IMG/VR virus record: IMGVR_UViG_3300037634_000692
Location: 1-31,082 of that record
DNA from: a virus
Taxonomy: Duplodnaviria; Caudoviricetes
Length of the DNA: 31,082 bases
Direction: 5' to 3' (one strand)
Shown here: one piece after another, positions 9,001 to 14,461 of the stretch
Position numbering within the stretch: position 1 is the first letter of the stretch
Layout of the letters: every line of letters begins with the position of its first letter
The notes under the pieces: generated by a model
Told to the model about the DNA's origin: nothing
Seen by the model: the letters and a program-made list of their open reading frames with translations, nothing else
Databases searched by the model: none
Made by a program: the position numbers and the translations under genes

Positions 9001-11091
9001 TCTAACTATGTAAGAGTTAGTTTGCATTTCTATGCTACCTCTTCTATCTCCTTTCTCGACATACGGTTTAAGAGAGCCAAATGAAGACGCTTGTTTTCCA
9101 GGAAGATAGATTCTTTCTCTATTAGTAGCTATATGCTCTATATACGCCGTCACGTCAACTCTCCCATGCTCATCGATAAACTTATCTCCATACTCTAGAG
9201 CGTCATCAGTTACATCTCCCGCGTAAGAGTTCCACCCACCAGCAACAACATCGAGAATCGCATCACTATCTTTGTTACTAAATCTTAAATCTGATTTATT
9301 CAAAAAAGAAACGTATCGCGCATAAACATCTGCCCACATTGCGTCAGGATCTTTATTATAAGAAGTAGCTAAATCTATAACTATCTGTCCACGATCTCCA
9401 AATCCAAAATCCATCTTATCTCCTGAATATCTAGTTCCCCCCGCCCCTCTTCTAGTAATAACTAACTCATCAGCTCCACTTAAATTATTATAATCAAAAT
9501 CATAATAATATTGTCCTTTAGCGTTTTGAGCTTCCATACTAGAATTGTAATCTACTTTATCGTTAAAGTGATTATGATATTCTTGTAATCTTTCGGATAT
9601 AAATTCTTCCATATCAGATTCACCAGAAATTTCTTCTGTTAACTGCATAAAGGTTTCGTAATCAACAGTACCACTAGTCATTCTTTTATCGTAACTAACC
9701 TCTATCTCATTGTCTTCGTCAGTATAACCTTCGTAAGGTACTTGCTTTAACCTTCTTTTCTCTTCGTTTCTTTTATATATTTCTTCTCTTTGATCTTTAT
9801 ATGGATCTTCCCAATCTTCTCGTGATTTTACTATTTCTTCTTTGGTAGGATCAACCCCCTCTTGTTCCCAAGCAAATTGAGGTGCTGTATCTCCATAACC
9901 GGATGTTACGCCGGCCTTAGCAAGACTATGTTCCATCACGTCATAATATTCCCCATTTCGTACCAAATTATTGTATTCTATTTGTGATATTTCTTCGTTT
10001 TCTAATTGTTCTTCGTATTTTGGTAATTTTTCAGCCTTACGTTTTTCTGTTTCTTTCTTACTTTTAACTTTTTCTAATTCTGTCTTTAACTGATCAACAG
10101 ATGCTTGGCTAACTCCTAATATTAATTTTTGAGAATCTCTTAATACATAAGCGTCAGGATCTACAGCTTCTATTTCATCAAACAATTCTTGTCTTTCATG
10201 TATAAGATCTAGTGTTGCTTGCAATCTCTTAGGATCTTGTATATCCGCCCAAGCACGACCCTCACGACCATCATTGAAATCGTAATCATAAATATATTTC
10301 TTAATCAACTCCTTATCCTCATCAGATATGTCAACTTTTTCAACAAACTTTTTGTCGTTTACCCAATCGTCCCACTCCTCTTCTCCGTTAATCCTACTTA
10401 AAAACAGATCATAAGTATTATCACTATGTTCCTTCTTCTTTTTTTCTAATTCTGTCTTTAACTGATCAACAGATTCTTCTTTCTCTTCTTTTAAACGTAC
10501 CGCTTTCTCTTCTTTTAAACGTACCGCTTTAGCCACGTCGTCATTCACTTCCCATGTTCCAATACCATTTCTTCCAAAATTTGCATCCCATTCTTTCGGA
10601 ATAATAGGATTTCCATTTTCGTCTAGTTTAACCTCTACATCCTCGTAGTCCTGCAACCCGTTGTTATAAATGTTAATTACTGGAACATAACCTTCTGTAT
10701 CTTTATTTTTATTGTGATTCTTTTTCCAATTCGATAAAAAATCTAGTTTTGCTCCCTCTCGCTCTAAATCCCACCATTCCCAATCATCCAAAGCTTTTAC
10801 GTTGTATTTTTCTTCAAATTCTAATTTTTCTAATTCGAGTGTAACCTTATCAATATCTTCTTTAGATCCGTCTCCTTCAAATAAATCTTCTAATTCAGTT
10901 TCTTTATCTAAAATTTGGTTTTTTATTTTAAAGTTGGCTTTTTTTTCTTCTTTATCTTCAACTTCTTCAACTTCTTCTTCAAAACCAGGATTAGCCGCGT
11001 GCCAACCAGCCTCTGTTTTCCATTGCGTACCTACTTCATGCGCTAAGGCATTGCCTTCTTTATGTTTTAAAGGTGATTTAGTTTTATTCAT
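1..11091 (-). CDS. Giant (>3697 aa, 3'-truncated) polyvalent virion/ejection protein with zincin, sigma-like, HNH-like, HAD phosphatase, P-loop kinase and WC-motif modules
   Basis: ATG at 11091-11089, one base after the TAA of the upstream gene. It reads MNKTKSPLKHKEGNALAHEVG... to ...FPKVSKKLNKKAGET at base 1. I saw no in-frame stop in manual translation, and its absence from the ORF track fits a frame with no stop in the window. Motifs: HEFLH 5521-5535, DFDDT 2821-2835, GGAGSGKG 2710-2733, ILTAR 1993-2007, FADD 1828-1839. Its position after the tail genes is typical of ejected internal proteins. Confidence 0.9.
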   Translation of the reverse strand, partial: MNKTKSPLKHKEGNALAHEVGTQWKTEAGWHAANPGFEEEVEEVEDKEEKKANFKIKNQILDKETELEDLFEGDGSKEDIDKVTLELEKLEFEEKYNVKALDDWEWWDLEREGAKLDFLSNWKKNHNKNKDTEGYVPVINIYNNGLQDYEDVEVKLDENGNPIIPKEWDANFGRNGIGTWEVNDDVAKAVRLKEEKAVRLKEEKEESVDQLKTELEKKKKEHSDNTYDLFLSRINGEEEWDDWVNDKKFVEKVDISDEDKELIKKYIYDYDFNDGREGRAWADIQDPKRLQATLDLIHERQELFDEIEAVDPDAYVLRDSQKLILGVSQASVDQLKTELEKVKSKKETEKRKAEKLPKYEEQLENEEISQIEYNNLVRNGEYYDVMEHSLAKAGVTSGYGDTAPQFAWEQEGVDPTKEEIVKSREDWEDPYKDQREEIYKRNEEKRRLKQVPYEGYTDEDNEIEVSYDKRMTSGTVDYETFMQLTEEISGESDMEEFISERLQEYHNHFNDKVDYNSSMEAQNAKGQYYYDFDYNNLSGADELVITRRGAGGTRYSGDKMDFGFGDRGQIVIDLATSYNKDPDAMWADVYARYVSFLNKSDLRFSNKDSDAILDVVAGGWNSYAGDVTDDALEYGDKFIDEHGRVDVTAYIEHIATNRERIYLPGKQASSFGSLKPYVEKGDRRGSIEMQTNSYIVRKKNSRGQRTLHSGFEKAPPVFVLMSDHPDFTKKDDSEAPIEGVDKFGLLTFTKKVAGKNHTYRYDPATGFDPEVHMDEWLKMKTLHNDWMRKEHILEDVLDREYNRLYEEGMNTTTVIVNGKEHKIVTGGGEIAAGSQAIELEKKSESDYEEYLEELEKQEAALPETVEVKEEGLLYMDIIEYKQKQETDWFNNKVLPEMEKEWKVKQDKLEEDYHLEYDIKIKPHIETIKTTLETEFKDQVDELNLKADGVNNKFIKQDESKGSEIVDEVEQQLLKEIEEGTFDPQSDQDFKDEWKSRSDKKYSQWQNSQKTSRQKELDAIYTDFNALYQKRFLEEEDKILGDWKEKKLKEFEEISIDFQDDFVENAYETKKGQTQLIPEATYKEIFGGLTQNEKFKFHTLGWKGQVASINLAWAAQEQIYDANGMSKEDVDARREEFYYKAYSHISLDKKGRPTNTAMKMWADEVIDMLDGEDDLTEAQQKQLYYARSIMKSPEFMKSTAVGQFFDGMGDAFSRGEWMPLIADAQAGRHQSYINDLLKKEKLHTDDPDNNPELTIDERQVLLFYVEDGNMKHRLSEGSSSYNAGGGAVSSLKFMVEMVATRGLSKVVGRSSNLLVRGKGRLAFTSQKTLDRYIKMKGMPSSGFKIQDGAATIVEYLMTTATMATVGGAANIYKGYEQNLTPEMSWSLTEGADGMIIDIDNLGFPVPDADGNMPGDKKWTPTYDETKDGWEAFWDSYKHNFIEFATERFGELLPTGQKFLRTKLKNNPKWAKRMFLGNWARKSGLNPADPTFLQKFIEAGSWNGILPEMFEEMIGQPAHNWIDGKRWNDGMDRKFFEEMTIQISAMQMMFGAGSRVWEFATDKGDNPVYIVGMDSYSNPKDAAEAVQFAKDNGQLEGLNIEISNDYYAFDEIYNILKGTEFENNLTSKNLVEIAKDIKTEMEVEAINSLDTESVKEVEKITENIENLETKIKNKKKNPSKNKQKALKELDELQRELDLLENDRQEIISPVIESINQDKNTEAYKKNLENVKKHAKEVDPGLNIIENESSQEAAEVYKEKATNDILDQYGIETIKDAKTGRQVYVDKKNNYTLSKKDLNERGIDIDKLNEDVDKMSQDFGSVHGFITPEIDGESDIIINKEAALKVDGGNANVAVHEFLHRFLNKTFNQNPHTKLAVGKALEQQLMNMNPRGVQNTNFKRRLEDYQAGDKINSAEETLTLFSDALASGEIKFNETVFTKIGDMFRRAFSLGGKRVTFNTGRDVMNFVRDYNRSMDKSRMSKGMKRTMKKGARVGGTIKYGSIQWAKTLRKMGLKQDTDGRFPMFSKEASDKVQSIYKEQGVAGAMDIIEQFKPITNKIVERRRQAPGFDKQLLTDEIETGSRGIFDLIQEYKPESGVPLAAYINKYLPSRAIEASNRVLGEEFTEDISERGDIAAEETVTITEEATGKKIKLSERLGSDAIEINKEVKAIVSGMDVSNLNFKTLKDLTPELTQQMFGIVPKVGNLTKQDIKNAQMFINKHAATLVQMLPEGSTIGGTSTGVQKVLLDAFYTKTGRVTSAKTGSKAGLAIQVKNKGISIQEFLEVFGITERGKENTYKKDSNTSARIKALVSQTGKMLTNQAVREHLMERQESIETIQRIADGKSRIMFSEEGRTKKKSLDLALNNVENFKDTYIFKLGALGWIHGIDRVPNKQVQRKKSDGTIETYSTRDLNAPFKIHGKETGRTYGEEGDGVINRFLEGAPRFRPFIRSTMTGGEKGGFYKTVKNFNSRIDKTSVREVELKQVKYNKGKRLQPSAVDKINTSEFKQDQSERLPTLLEFFQAVEGHLQNFPQDVWMFEEMLLDTGKHQNTFTRILAPFSFYAVDKNGNAVYNKSVVEEHTDPQNQIGKAMLAAAAFSNVDTVWRVVGKSYMQGSLLETHDKMLAAAGLGNTMPDIYFDKIVPRLLSGELKLPDGMSSVVRLAVAGIDLNSYKLVEGGQTIAEFFGVEGMPVETANDLIIKQLTGEVDARYVTEFSKIAEVTPSKSEINNAFRFSKAVDNARLINHKTPSRGMSAWDFDDTLATTKSGVRARIPNPDGTPQPNRKVIFLAGGAGSGKGNVIKKLNLEGQGFKVVNSDISLEWLKKNSGLPENMNDFTKEQRSKLGTLQHQARGIAKRKMTKYQGSADGVVVDGTGGSIKAMETLVNEFKDKGYDVGMTFVETSLDVALARNKARAERSLLDKIVIKNHEAVQGNKNGFKEMFGERFMEVNTDKLKQEDAMPSKLVDKMNDFVSGYKKVRLDAEEFATQGAKILEQGGEFDFTEFDVVTEGAQGPMFKTAMDRAGKFGTKDTYILTARPSEAVIPIHEFLKSQGLDIPIENITGLGNSTGEAKAEWMLEKFSEGYNDMFFADDAMQNVEAVKRVLDQLDIKSKVIQAKIKFSKSIDHTMDGMLVNPALANIKEARDINSVKSVESLSSPGVYSRIQFSKKHRGEYENTISKHRPDLVREGKVSQTVDGMFTFIDSLNIPNDKKRKYERITTKWLATSNVKLIEDRFKITDAINLAERFKLDLFSYNNPNEIIETYAGKVEKKVLDPNDVKEFSPSASYKKRGITTYNVENTPEGQQAVRDIIDSHWGKNSNPWCITQSKDGKLTDDSKISWTSYGETQKRIIFQDGKLLAFFANGRYWDRMDNDTAGPVIIIKKGKVTKSIEINEDLSETLVEVRTVSQDGNTVTTTYPSRKPWAEIHSMVEERVNGKTVKKTEFRKDGSVFRIVEFNKNGETIATYDFAVDGNMTGINAFAGLGVTASDIIMEKGDMIERQYEEDGYAYMFAGVNLDAQGIVRDRNTHPITEIGWRMPVKNSDLKNVTQTVDGKVRIDLKKVLEIDPEAKGLPRKVAGGSRIRFSKDISGEFNDILEQATSVEAKKIFSEAQARMRGGKKKFRGIIPASAQDFMGLIYNFIPRGKKGDEAMEFFKKALVDPFAKGINELNTSRQTSANDYSNLKKQFPKVSKKLNKKAGET
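1753..2850 (-). other. HAD-superfamily phosphatase domain, interrupted by a P-loop kinase
   Basis: All four HAD motifs occur in order: I AWDFDDTL, II YILTARP, III K in GEAKAEW, IV MFFADDAMQN. Confidence 0.85.
2180..2770 (-). other. P-loop kinase domain (zeta-toxin/AAA_33/polynucleotide-kinase-like)
   Basis: KVIFLAGGAGSGKG (Walker A), VVNSD, GVVVDGTG, GYDVGMTFVETSLDVALARNKARAER (RxxxR lid). Boundaries are approximate. Confidence 0.85.
5340..5640 (-). other. Zincin-like metallopeptidase domain within the giant ORF
   Basis: HGFITPEIDGESDIIINKEAALKVDGGNANVAVHEFLH: GF strand, IIIN strand, then the HExxH helix. A downstream EE (SAEETLT, 5353-5358) about 55 aa later is the candidate third Zn ligand. 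Confidence 0.75.
10069..10474. repeat. 34-bp exact direct repeat pair (10069-10102 and 10441-10474) encoding SVDQLKTELEK
   Basis: tttttctaattctgtctttaactgatcaacagat occurs twice, 372 bp apart and in the same frame. Confidence 0.9.
10480..10530. repeat. 24-bp tandem duplication (KAVRLKEE x2)
   Basis: tttctcttcttttaaacgtaccgc at 10480-10503 and 10504-10527. Confidence 0.9.
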
Positions 11092-11092
11092 A

Positions 11093-12124
11093 TTAAATTA
11101 CTGCTTCTGTTTGATTTGGTGCTTCTGTTTGACTTGGCGTGCTTCTTTTTTGACTTGCCACTTCTCTTTGATTTGGAGCAATTCCCTGTTGTTGCATTTT
11201 TTGATCTAAACTTAATTTCGACCTTCCTCCTACGTTGGAACTAGATGCCACTTCTCTTTGATTTGGAGCAATTCCCTGTTGTTGCATTTTTTGATCTAAA
11301 CTTAATTTCGACCTTCCTCCCACATTGGAACTAGATGCATTACCATCTCTTATAGTTTTGTAATCTGAATCAAAGGCAACTCTAAGCCTATTAGCATAAT
11401 AAACATGTAACCTAGTGTCGTTATTAGGATCAAAAGAATCTGGATGCAACAGATCATCTGTTATTTCACCAGATGTCAATGCTTCTTGATTTTCTTTCAT
11501 CCATTCTTGTAAAAAATATACCCCACCTATTTTATCAGAAACAAATATTTTCCAAGCATCCATATTAATGAGTAATTTATCAACCGCCCAATCAATATCA
11601 AAATTAGGGTGTTTAACAGCTGTTTGTCCTTGTTTTACTAAGTCTTGATGGTATTTCATATAATCAGCCTCTTCAGTACCCTTAATAACCCAGTTCTCTG
11701 TAATATCCTCAATACGTTTGACTATTGGGTTACCAGCTGGGTCGATAGCGGTAAGTAAAAGATCAAAGTTTCCATCAAAAGAAATAGTACCTCCTTCTCC
11801 AAAAAAAGCTCTTTCCCAATTAAGATCAGTATAGTTCGAGAAAAGATTTTTCCCTCCAGTTCCTCCCCCATAATTCATAGCGAATTCCTCTTTAATAGCT
11901 TTTAAATTATCCAACTTTCTAGCTATACTTTTTATGAGATCAGATATAGTCTGAGATCCTTCTTTATCTCCACTAGCAAATAACGCATCGAATTGTTTAA
12001 CTAAATTAGATATTAGTTTATTAATAACCCGCTGGTTAGCCTTACCATGTATTTCTGATGACTTAGAGTCATTGCCATAAGGTATATTTTCAAAATACTT
12101 CTTTATATTTTTATCGTCTGACAT
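11093..12124 (-). CDS. Hypothetical protein, probable internal virion/ejection protein (343 aa) with a repetitive C-terminus
   Basis: ORF track. It lies between the pilot-like gene and the giant ORF and is coupled to the latter (TAA-T-ATG). Function is inferred from position only. Confidence 0.6.
   Translation of the reverse strand: MSDDKNIKKYFENIPYGNDSKSSEIHGKANQRVINKLISNLVKQFDALFASGDKEGSQTISDLIKSIARKLDNLKAIKEEFAMNYGGGTGGKNLFSNYTDLNWERAFFGEGGTISFDGNFDLLLTAIDPAGNPIVKRIEDITENWVIKGTEEADYMKYHQDLVKQGQTAVKHPNFDIDWAVDKLLINMDAWKIFVSDKIGGVYFLQEWMKENQEALTSGEITDDLLHPDSFDPNNDTRLHVYYANRLRVAFDSDYKTIRDGNASSSNVGGRSKLSLDQKMQQQGIAPNQREVASSSNVGGRSKLSLDQKMQQQGIAPNQREVASQKRSTPSQTEAPNQTEAVI
11156..11338. repeat. 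90-bp tandem duplication (ASSSNVGGRSKLSLDQKMQQQGIAPNQREV x2)
   Basis: Units 11156-11245 and 11246-11335 are 88/90 identical, and both differences are synonymous. Confidence 0.95.
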
Positions 12125-12136
12125 ATTGTTTTATTT

Positions 12137-12775
12137 TTATCCTGGAATAAATGATGATATCCCACTACTAACTGCTCCAGATACAAATTGATCTACCGTA
12201 GCTTGAGCATCAGCAATAGCTTGATCAGACGCATTCTTTCTTTGCATTGCGTAATCTAACATTTGCTCTTCTTTCTTTATATCATGAGCTTCTACCATTC
12301 TTTTACCTTCTCTAACCATTAAATCTCTTTTTTGCTCGCCTTCTACCTTCATTTGCTGTAACCTTCCAGATTCAGCTATCATTTTTTGTTCGTTAGCTTG
12401 TTCTTGAGCTCCAATGGATACAGATGCTTGTTGTGCTTGTTTCACACCTTGATTAGCTAATACTTGCGCTAATCCTGCTACGCCACTTCCTCCAGTTGAT
12501 CCCTGCATACTTTGCATTATATTTGCCATAGATTGTTGGGATTGTTCCTTCTCAAACTCAGCTTGTTTTAAGTTTACAGTTGCGTCTTCGTAAACATTTT
12601 CTAAGTTCTCGTAAGGATTTTTCACTCCCGCATAGGGATTCTCCATTTTTCTTTCTTCCCAATCTGCATATTTTTGTCCAAAATCTTCGTTAGCTGATCG
12701 CTGCTCGTCTCTTCTTGCGGCTCCTCCAAATAAAGCGTTTATGAATTTTGTTGGTGCTGCTTTTTTATTTGCCAT
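12137..12775 (-). CDS. Probable small ejection/pilot-type internal virion protein (212 aa)
   Basis: Gln/Ala-rich helical sequence with Gly-rich hydrophobic patches (ALFGGAA, GGSGVAGLAQVLA, FVSGAVSSGISSFIPG). It sits directly after the tail genes, like T7 gp14 or P22 gp7-type proteins. Confidence 0.6.
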   Translation of the reverse strand: MANKKAAPTKFINALFGGAARRDEQRSANEDFGQKYADWEERKMENPYAGVKNPYENLENVYEDATVNLKQAEFEKEQSQQSMANIMQSMQGSTGGSGVAGLAQVLANQGVKQAQQASVSIGAQEQANEQKMIAESGRLQQMKVEGEQKRDLMVREGKRMVEAHDIKKEEQMLDYAMQRKNASDQAIADAQATVDQFVSGAVSSGISSFIPG

Positions 12776-12813
12776 AATTATATTGTTTTATTTATTATTA
12801 CAGTTTTTATGTG

Positions 12814-13206
12814 TTATTTACTACTAGGAGTTGTTTCAGAAGCTATAGAGAACATTTCAGCTTTTTCAGTTGAATTGTTTTTAATATACACTTCTGCGTA
12901 ATACCCCACTAATCCAGATAAGTTTATCCTACTATCTTTAGCGAACATGATGAAGTCGCCAGAGTTATCAAAAGTCGTCATCGGTATAACATTATCAACC
13001 TGGATACTAAACATCGGGGGATTCCACTCTGGTTGAGAAACACTAGTTCCATTAACATCAAAGAAATCTATAACTGGACCTATAAAAATAGGTGTAGCGT
13101 TCAATTGTTGAAAACCACCTAAAAGCGTTGGAGTTATAGAATAAGCCATATCTCCTATTTGTAAAGAATCATTATTTATACCTCCTGTAAAGTTTATTGT
13201 TATCAT
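12814..13206 (-). CDS. Conserved-looking tail-associated protein (130 aa)
   Basis: ORF track. C-terminal SGLVGYYAEVYIKNNSTEKAEMFSIASE resembles termini of stabilization/nozzle-type proteins (recollection, not searched). Confidence 0.55.
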   Translation of the reverse strand: MITINFTGGINNDSLQIGDMAYSITPTLLGGFQQLNATPIFIGPVIDFFDVNGTSVSQPEWNPPMFSIQVDNVIPMTTFDNSGDFIMFAKDSRINLSGLVGYYAEVYIKNNSTEKAEMFSIASETTPSSK

Positions 13207-13215
13207 ATTCTATTT

Positions 13216-14460
13216 TTAACTAGCCGTTCCTATTGTGAATATCTTACTTGTATCAATATATATATTTTGATCTACGCTTGGATATTTACTTATATGTATA
13301 GTTCCACTTAAGTAAATTACATTGCTACTTCCATCTATATAGACTATCGTCGCTGTGTTTATATCACTTTTACTAGCGTCAAACCTTCCGTTTTCAATTT
13401 CAATCTGTCCATCGCCATCATCAACAGTTGCTGGATTCATGCCAGACACCTTGCAAGCATTTGTATCAGTACTTTTATTGATAAATCTACATCTAACAGT
13501 AGCTCCAACACTTATACCAGTCGTACCGTTAACCTGCAAAACCGTCGCTGTTCCAGATGTTATAGCCGTACGAACTGTAGTAGACGTTTGTCCCAATTTA
13601 CAAGTTGGATTAGTTAAACTTAATCCAATACCAATAGCATTTTGAATAAGTCTCGGTCCGTAAGCTCTAAAAGTCATAGTATGACCATCTGTTATTGCTT
13701 GATTTCTGGATAACGTTAGTGTTTTTGTATCTGTGTTTACAGCTGTTATTGTAGTGGCAGATCCAGGCGCTGTTGTACCTGTTATATAGGTTAATTCCAT
13801 TCCTATTACTAAACCTGTTACATCAGCAACCACAACTTGATCACTATCAGCAGCGGTACCTCCAGAATTATTTTCCGTAGTACTCCAATACAAAGCGTTT
13901 TCGCCCCATGATCCGTTATTGCTAGTGTCGTCTGCGTTTGTTATAAAAACTCCATAATCTCCTGTAGCATCTGGAACAGTTAATTGTAAATTAGCCATAG
14001 TAACCGTGGGACTCCCCACGCTTGTAAAACTATCTATTATAGATCCAGTAGAAGTATCTATAGCAGTAGCAGAAATTGTAGAAATAGAAGTGTCCGTGGT
14101 AAATGTTATCGTAGTATTAGCAACTTGTGTTATGGTTGTAGCGTAACGTATTCCATTACCTATAGAAAGTCTTGTATCATAATGCGGTTCGGCCATAATT
14201 ATTATGGTATAGGTATCTCCATTCTCAGCAGCTGGAATAGCTATGCTAAAGGTCCCTGGTCTTTGATTTTTTAATCTACTTTGAGAGGTGGTAGCAGCTG
14301 CGAACGCTTTAGTAGTAAAATTATAAAATTGGCCATCCGAAGATCTAGTAACCTGCACGCTAAAAACAGCGCTACTATCTCCAACAACTTGTATTGGTAG
14401 ACTGGTAGCCTCAGCTTTTAATCTTGTATTATTTATATTTACCGCTGTAATTAGTGCCAT
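13216..14460 (-). CDS. Thr-rich all-beta virion structural protein (tail appendage candidate, 414 aa)
   Basis: High T/S/G/A content, beta-strand patterning and GLVIGMEL/GISVGATV small-barrel-like segments. It is coupled to the upstream gene (TAA-T-ATG). Confidence 0.6.
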   Translation of the reverse strand: MALITAVNINNTRLKAEATSLPIQVVGDSSAVFSVQVTRSSDGQFYNFTTKAFAAATTSQSRLKNQRPGTFSIAIPAAENGDTYTIIIMAEPHYDTRLSIGNGIRYATTITQVANTTITFTTDTSISTISATAIDTSTGSIIDSFTSVGSPTVTMANLQLTVPDATGDYGVFITNADDTSNNGSWGENALYWSTTENNSGGTAADSDQVVVADVTGLVIGMELTYITGTTAPGSATTITAVNTDTKTLTLSRNQAITDGHTMTFRAYGPRLIQNAIGIGLSLTNPTCKLGQTSTTVRTAITSGTATVLQVNGTTGISVGATVRCRFINKSTDTNACKVSGMNPATVDDGDGQIEIENGRFDASKSDINTATIVYIDGSSNVIYLSGTIHISKYPSVDQNIYIDTSKIFTIGTAS

Positions 14461-14461
14461 A

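Noticed and set aside
1-11091. Giant protein as a crAss-type virion RNA polymerase
   Set aside because: I saw no DxDGD/DFDID catalytic motif in the translated part, and DFDDT is explained by HAD motif I. The missing C-terminus cannot be assessed.
11156-11338. Tandem repeat as a CRISPR array or diversity-generating retroelement repeat
   Set aside because: There are only two adjacent in-frame units with no spacers, no reverse transcriptase or cas genes in the window, and the differences are synonymous.
11591-11605. NFDID in the 343-aa protein resembling the crAss RNAP DFDID motif
   Set aside because: The first Asp is absent and the protein is far too small, with no double-psi barrel context. 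It is likely coincidence.
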